Source: an uncultured Acidobacteriota bacterium
Lineage (GTDB): Bacteria > Acidobacteriota > UBA6911
NCBI GenBank assembly: GCA_963843575.1
Contig: CAWJKZ010000015.1
Coordinates: 224,001-288,000, forward strand
DNA: 64,000 nt
Direction of reading: 5' to 3'
Shown: in pieces, positions 59,228-64,000 of the stretch
Layout: each line of letters opens with the position of its first letter
How positions within the stretch are numbered: position 1 is the first letter of the stretch
The notes under the pieces: generated by a model
The model's input: only the letters and a program-made list of their open reading frames with translations
What the model was told of the DNA's origin: nothing
The model's database searches: none
Made by a program: the position numbers and the translations under genes

Positions 59228-60361
59228 AATACTCGACAGACCCTCACGTAAGACTGGCGAAGCATCTCGACGACCTGCCCGGGGGATTCCCCCCGACGGA
59301 CAGCGGTGTCGAGTTACGTATCCTGCGCAGGCTCTTCTCCCCCGACGAGGCCGAACTGGCGCTGCATGTCAGCCTCATACCTGAGGAGGCGCGCGTCATC
59401 GCCCGGCGGGCGGGGCTGGGCCTGAATGAAGCCGGCCTGCGGCTGTCGGCGATGGGGCGCAAGGGGCTCATCTTTGAGCTGACACAAGGGTCGGGACCCA
59501 CCCAATACGCTGCCGCCCAGTTCGTGATCGGGATCTGGGAGTTTCACCTCAACGACCTCGATCCCGAGCTGATCCGCGACTTCAACGAGTACCTGCCCAC
59601 CCTGGCCGGCGAAGCCCTGAAGTTCCCACAACTGCGCACCATCCCGGTCAACCGCAGCCTCGCGCCCCAGCTGACGGTCCTTTCGTACGAGAAGGCGGAA
59701 GCGTTGGTCGCGAGGGCGCAAGAAACTGCTCGTAGCCCCCTGCATCTGCCGACGCGAGCGGCGCATGGCGGGGGAGGGCTGCAGCGCCCCCGAGGAAGCC
59801 TGCCTCGTGTTTGACGCGGGGGCCGACCTGTTCGAGCGCAACGGCTTGGGGCGGTTCATCGACCGGCGCGAGGCGCTCGACATCCTCGGGCGTGCGGACG
59901 ACGCGGGATTGGTGCTTCAACCCGGGAACAGCCAGGCCTCGATGAACATATGCTGTTGCTGCGGGTGCTGCTGCGGCGTGCTGCGGAGCATCAAGAAGTA
60001 CCCCAAACCCGCGTCGCTGGTTTCGTCACCGTTTGTGGCCGAGTATTCGGCGGATTCATGCAGCGGCTGCGGCACTTGCACGAACCGCTGCCAGATGGAC
60101 GCGCTGCGGCTGGAGGCGGGGAAGGTCGAGCTCATTCGCGAGCGCTGCATCGGCTGCGGCCTCTGCGTTTCCACCTGCCCGACCGATTCGCTGGTGCTCG
60201 TGCGCAAACCCGCGTCGGAACAGCCGAAGGTGCCCAAGGACGGGATCCGGGCCGTGATCGAGCTGGGCCGGTCGCGCGGCAAACTCAGTCCCGCCGGCCT
60301 GGCCCTGATGGTCGTGAAATCGAAAGTGGACCGACTGCGCGCCCTCCGCCTGCGGCAATGA
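59224..60361 (+). CDS. 4Fe-4S dicluster-domain protein with HTH-like N-terminus, frameshift near 59720
   Basis: PCICR, NICCCCGCCCG, CSGCGTCTNRC, CIGCGLCVSTCP. Confidence 0.85.
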
Positions 60362-60368
60362 TGCGTAA

Positions 60369-60612
60369 ACAAGTGGGTCCGGGCTTCAGCCCGGACGCCG
60401 TTTGCGGTCGCTATCGAGCGCAACTGTTGCTGAATAGGGCAGACCTAAAGACGTCCGGGCTGAAGAGGCTGTCCAACGGTTGAACCACCCGCTCTGCCCG
60501 TAAGACAAGTGGGTCCGGGCTTCAGCCCGGACGTCTTTTGCAGTAGCTGTAAAGTGCATCTGTCACGATATGCAACGGCTTTAAAAGCGTCCGGGCTGAA
60601 GCCCGGACCCAC
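60369..60612. repeat. REP/REPIN array, two units (136-bp period)
   Basis: Same 24-mer at 60373 and 60509, inverted copy at 60589-60612. Confidence 0.92.
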
Positions 60613-60634
60613 TGAAGCACGAGGGGAAACAAGG

Positions 60635-61594
60635 ATGAGGGATGTACGGGTCGCCAGCGTGCAGTTTGAGAGCGCTGCGGGAGACAAGCAGGCGAATTTC
60701 GAGAAGGTGGAACGGTTTGCCCGCGAGGCGGCCGGCAAGGGTGCCGCCATGGTGGTATTCCCCGAATGCTGTCTGACCGGGTACTGGTTCATGCGACACC
60801 TGACGGTGCCGCAACTGGCGCAGCTTGCCGAATCTGTGCCGGAAGGCCCGAGCTGCGCGAGGTTGCGCGCCATCGCCGTGCGGCAACGCATCAGCGTCGG
60901 GGCCGGTCTTCTCGAATCTACGAGCGTAGGTGTGTTCCACAACACCTACGTGGTGGCCATGCCCGACGGCACGGTCGTGCGGCACCGAAAACTGCACGCG
61001 TTCGAGCACCCCGCGATTCACCCCGGGGCTGAGTACACGGTCTTCGACACGCCGCACGGTTTCCGAGCCGGCCTGCTCATATGCTACGACGTCAACATCG
61101 TCGAGAATGTCCGGATTGCCGCGCTGCGCGGCGCAGAAGTCCTGCTGGCGCCGCACCAAACCGGTGGCTGCCGGACACGAAACCCGCACCTGATGGGGGT
61201 AATCGATCGCTCCCTGTGGGAGAACCGCCGCGACGACCCCGGGGCGATCGAGCAGGAGCTGCGGGGAGACAAGGGCAGGGGGTGGCTGATGCGCTGGCTC
61301 CCGAGCCGCGCGCACGACAACGGCCTCTTCCTGGTCTTCAGCAACGGCGTCGGGATCGACGACGACGAGGTCCGGACCGGCAACGCGATGATCCTGGATC
61401 CCGTACGGCCGGATCCTGGCCGAGATCTGGGAAAGCCGGCGACGACATGGTGGTCGCGGACCTCGACGCCGCGCTGCTGGAACAGGCCACCGGCCGGCTC
61501 TGGCTGCGCGCCCGGCGACCCGATCTCTACGGCGAGCTGGCCGGTAGCGACCGGCCTCGAGCGCGATACCCACCAGCTCAAGTTCGAGGAATAG
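60635..61594 (+). CDS. Nitrilase/carbon-nitrogen hydrolase family protein, compensating indels at about 61400-61545
   Basis: FPEC, RKLH, ICYD triad; SRAHDNG; alternate frame gives MVVADLD...ARRPDLY. Confidence 0.88.
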   Translation: MRDVRVASVQFESAAGDKQANFEKVERFAREAAGKGAAMVVFPECCLTGYWFMRHLTVPQLAQLAESVPEGPSCARLRAIAVRQRISVGAGLLESTSVGVFHNTYVVAMPDGTVVRHRKLHAFEHPAIHPGAEYTVFDTPHGFRAGLLICYDVNIVENVRIAALRGAEVLLAPHQTGGCRTRNPHLMGVIDRSLWENRRDDPGAIEQELRGDKGRGWLMRWLPSRAHDNGLFLVFSNGVGIDDDEVRTGNAMILDPVRPDPGRDLGKPATTWWSRTSTPRCWNRPPAGSGCAPGDPISTASWPVATGLERDTHQLKFEE

Positions 61595-61644
61595 GGCAAC
61601 TCTAGCCTTCGGAGCTTCAGTCTTGAGTCTTTGAGGATGCAGGG

Positions 61645-63544
61645 TCACACCTTGTCGGCGGGTATGACCAGGACCGGACGATCCGCCCGCGCCGCCACGT
61701 CGAGCATCACCTCGTTGTGCTCCAGGAAGGATTTCAGACGAGGGCTGTAGCTTCCGATCACGATCAGGTCGTGCTCGGCCGCCTGCTCCAGTATGCCGGC
61801 GGCCGGCGTCGTGGCGCGTCGGACGAGCGCGTTGGCTTCGATATCGACGGCTCGCATGCTCGCCACCGCCCGGTCGAGGTGCTGGCGCATCAACGTTTCG
61901 GTGTCGTTCTGCCCGACACTGGCGTGGAAGAGTGTCACCGACGCGCCGAGGCGCCGCGCAATCCTGCCCCCCTCGATCACGTTGCGCTTGCCGGGCTCGC
62001 CCACGGCGGTGCAGATCATCATCTTCTCGATCCTGACTTTCGTCCCCTTGATCAGCAGCACCGGGACATCCGCGTGCTGCAGCACCGAGATCACGGTCGG
62101 GCCCAACTGCCTGGTCTTGGCCCGTGACCTCCAGGCCCGGCACCTTGGCCATCCGGGCGGCAGCGCCGCCGTGACGGGGCGGCAGCGCCAGCATCACCAT
62201 TTCGTAGAGCGACTCGGACCAGCTCGGCCGCCATCTGCTCGGTGGGATCGCCGTAGCGCGCGTGCCACTGGGCGCTGCGCAGCGCCGATTCCCTTTGCGA
62301 TCGCAGCGAACCAGCCCGGAGGGCCCCCGCCCGATTCGGGGGCGGGCGCGATCCCGAGCACCGTCACCGAGGCCTGCAGCCGTTCCGCGAAGTGGCAGGC
62401 CACCTCCAGCGATGCGGGGTCCTCGCCCGCCGGGTGGTACAGCACACGGCGCGCGGCCTTCTTCAGGATGGTCCAGCCGGACAGGGACGTCCACACGGGA
62501 TCGCCGGTCAGCCTTGTATCGGGCGGCAACGTGGCGTCGACGAGCAGCCCTTCCTCGCCGAAAGCGAGGGCCGGAGCCACCTGGCGCGTTCCCGGCAGAT
62601 GGGGGAGCCTGAGCCTGACGCGACGGCACGAACCGGCGAAGCTCTCTTCCACCAGGTTCCCCATGCCCAGGACAGGCGTGCCGGCGGGCGGAATCGGGAT
62701 CCCGCAATCACCTGCTCGGGGCGGACAAGGAGCAGGACCCTCGCCCCGTCTTCGTGGGGATTGTCCGGCGGTATGGGCAAGCCGCAAGGGATCCGAAGCG
62801 CGCCTCCCCTGCCTCGGCCCGCCCCACGATCAGGGTCCCGGCCCCGAGAAACGAGGCCGTGTAGAGCGTCGACGGGCAGCGGTACAGCTCTTCGGCAGAT
62901 CCGACTTCAATCAGCCGGCCGCGTTCGAGAACACCGATGCGGTCCGCCAGTTCGAATGCCTCGTCCTGATCGTGCGTCACCAGGATGGTGGTCACCCCGA
63001 GGCGCTGCTGGATTTCCTTCAGGTTCCTCCGGAGCTGGCCCCGTATCTTGACGTCGAGGGCACCAAACGGCTCGTCGAGCAGCAGGACCTTCGGCTTGTG
63101 TGCGAGCGCGCGGGCCAGGGCGATGCGCTGCTGCTGCCCGCCGGACAGCTGGTGAGCGTAGCGGTTGCCGAGGCCCGCCAGCCCTACCATGTCCAGGAGT
63201 TCCTCGCAGCGGAGTCTGCGCTCCCGCTTCGGGACCTTGCGAATCGCCAGGCTGAACTCGATGTTCTCGATCACGCTCATGTGCCTGAAGATCGAGTAGT
63301 TCTGGAAGACGAACCCGGTCCCGCGCTCCTGGGGCGGCAAGGCCGTGACGTCGCGGCCGTGCAGCAGGATTCGGCCCTTCGTCGGCTCCGTCAAGCCCGC
63401 GATGATCCGCAGGATCGTGCTTTTTCCCCCTCCGCTCGGACCCAGCAGCACGAACAGTTCGCCATCCCGCACTTCCAGCGAGACGTTGTCGACGACCCAG
63501 AGGCTGCCGTAGGATTTGGCCACGTTCTCGATGACGATTGACAC
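61645..63544 (-). CDS. CysA/PotA-like ABC ATPase fused to universal stress protein domains, frameshifted as assembled
   Basis: GPSGGGKS, LSGGQQQR, LLLDEPFGALD, VTHDQDEA; C-terminal USP motifs VLQHADVPVLLI, DLIVIGS, ADRPVLVIP. Confidence 0.75.
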
Positions 63545-63595
63545 TCTCGGGTCCCCTGCTGTCTACTTTCGCTTCCTGGAACTGACGTCACGGGT

Positions 63596-64000
63596 TCAGA
63601 AAGCCACTTGAATCCGGCTCAGCACCACGCCAAAACCGCGCTCCCCTTTCCGCGGCGCTCGCGCCGGGTCACCGAACCGCTCCCAGCCGAAATCGAGCAT
63701 GTAGCGGACGTAGCGGTTGAGATACCAGTTCGGACCGAAGTATAACGTCTCGGCCCGGTTGTTTTTCACGCTTCCATCCGAGATCTGCAGGCTGGCATAG
63801 CGGACCTTCAGCTCCCACGCGCCGAAGCCGGGCCGAGCGCCGTCGCGGGTGAAAAGCTCGTGGCGCGGCACCACGGCCCCCGCCTCCGATTTGGTTTCCC
63901 CCGTCAAGAGCCAGGTGGCCTGGGCCATCCAGCCTTTGGCGACGACCCCGGGGAGATTCGCCCCGGCCGGGCCGAGGCCGTCGCGCCGCTGGTTGGTCTG
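63596..64000 (-). CDS. OprO/OprP-like anion-selective porin, 5' end outside window
   Basis: WLLTGE, GAWELKVRY, GPNWYLN, C-terminal RIQVAF. Confidence 0.8.
   Translation of the reverse strand, partial: QTNQRRDGLGPAGANLPGVVAKGWMAQATWLLTGETKSEAGAVVPRHELFTRDGARPGFGAWELKVRYASLQISDGSVKNNRAETLYFGPNWYLNRYVRYMLDFGWERFGDPARAPRKGERGFGVVLSRIQVAF

Noticed and set aside
53995-63544. Block of true pseudogenes on the right side
   Set aside because: Isolated or compensating single-base indels with intact catalytic motifs fit long-read consensus error better; this cannot be settled without reads

Overview
GC-rich bacterial DNA, most consistent with an Acidobacteriota-type genome (acidobacterial VWA proteins, many Tat/Sec-exported hydrolases); the taxon is inferred, not proven. 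Left to right: (1) a minus-strand NHLP/NHLM-type bacteriocin (RiPP) export locus (TolC, HlyD, C39-peptidase ABC, second ABC, cNMP-binding protein) followed by an unusually long ECF sigma factor and a tandem zinc-finger anti-sigma protein, with no precursor peptide or modifying enzyme in the window; (2) gluconolactonase, URO-D-like protein, an AbrB/MazE-Doc toxin-antitoxin pair, tRNA-Arg(CCT) and a tyrosine-integrase remnant; (3) a zone of gene remnants and small genes; (4) a hoxEFUYH group 3d [NiFe]-hydrogenase operon with a sigma-54 promoter and many single-base indels; (5) ilvC, DUF362, a giant TPR protein plus a VWA-VWA-TPR protein; (6) DUF362-UbiA, a GT-C-like protein and many hydrolases; (7) ATP-grasp, Fe-S, nitrilase, a CysA-like ATPase fused to USP domains and a porin. 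Intergenic regions hold at least five families of non-coding palindromic repeats. These nest in one another, amplify in tandem, show spacer inversion, and lie beside several gene remnants. Frameshifts in the hox operon and the 54-64 kb region look more like consensus errors than true decay. All calls are from manual motif reading; no database searches were run.
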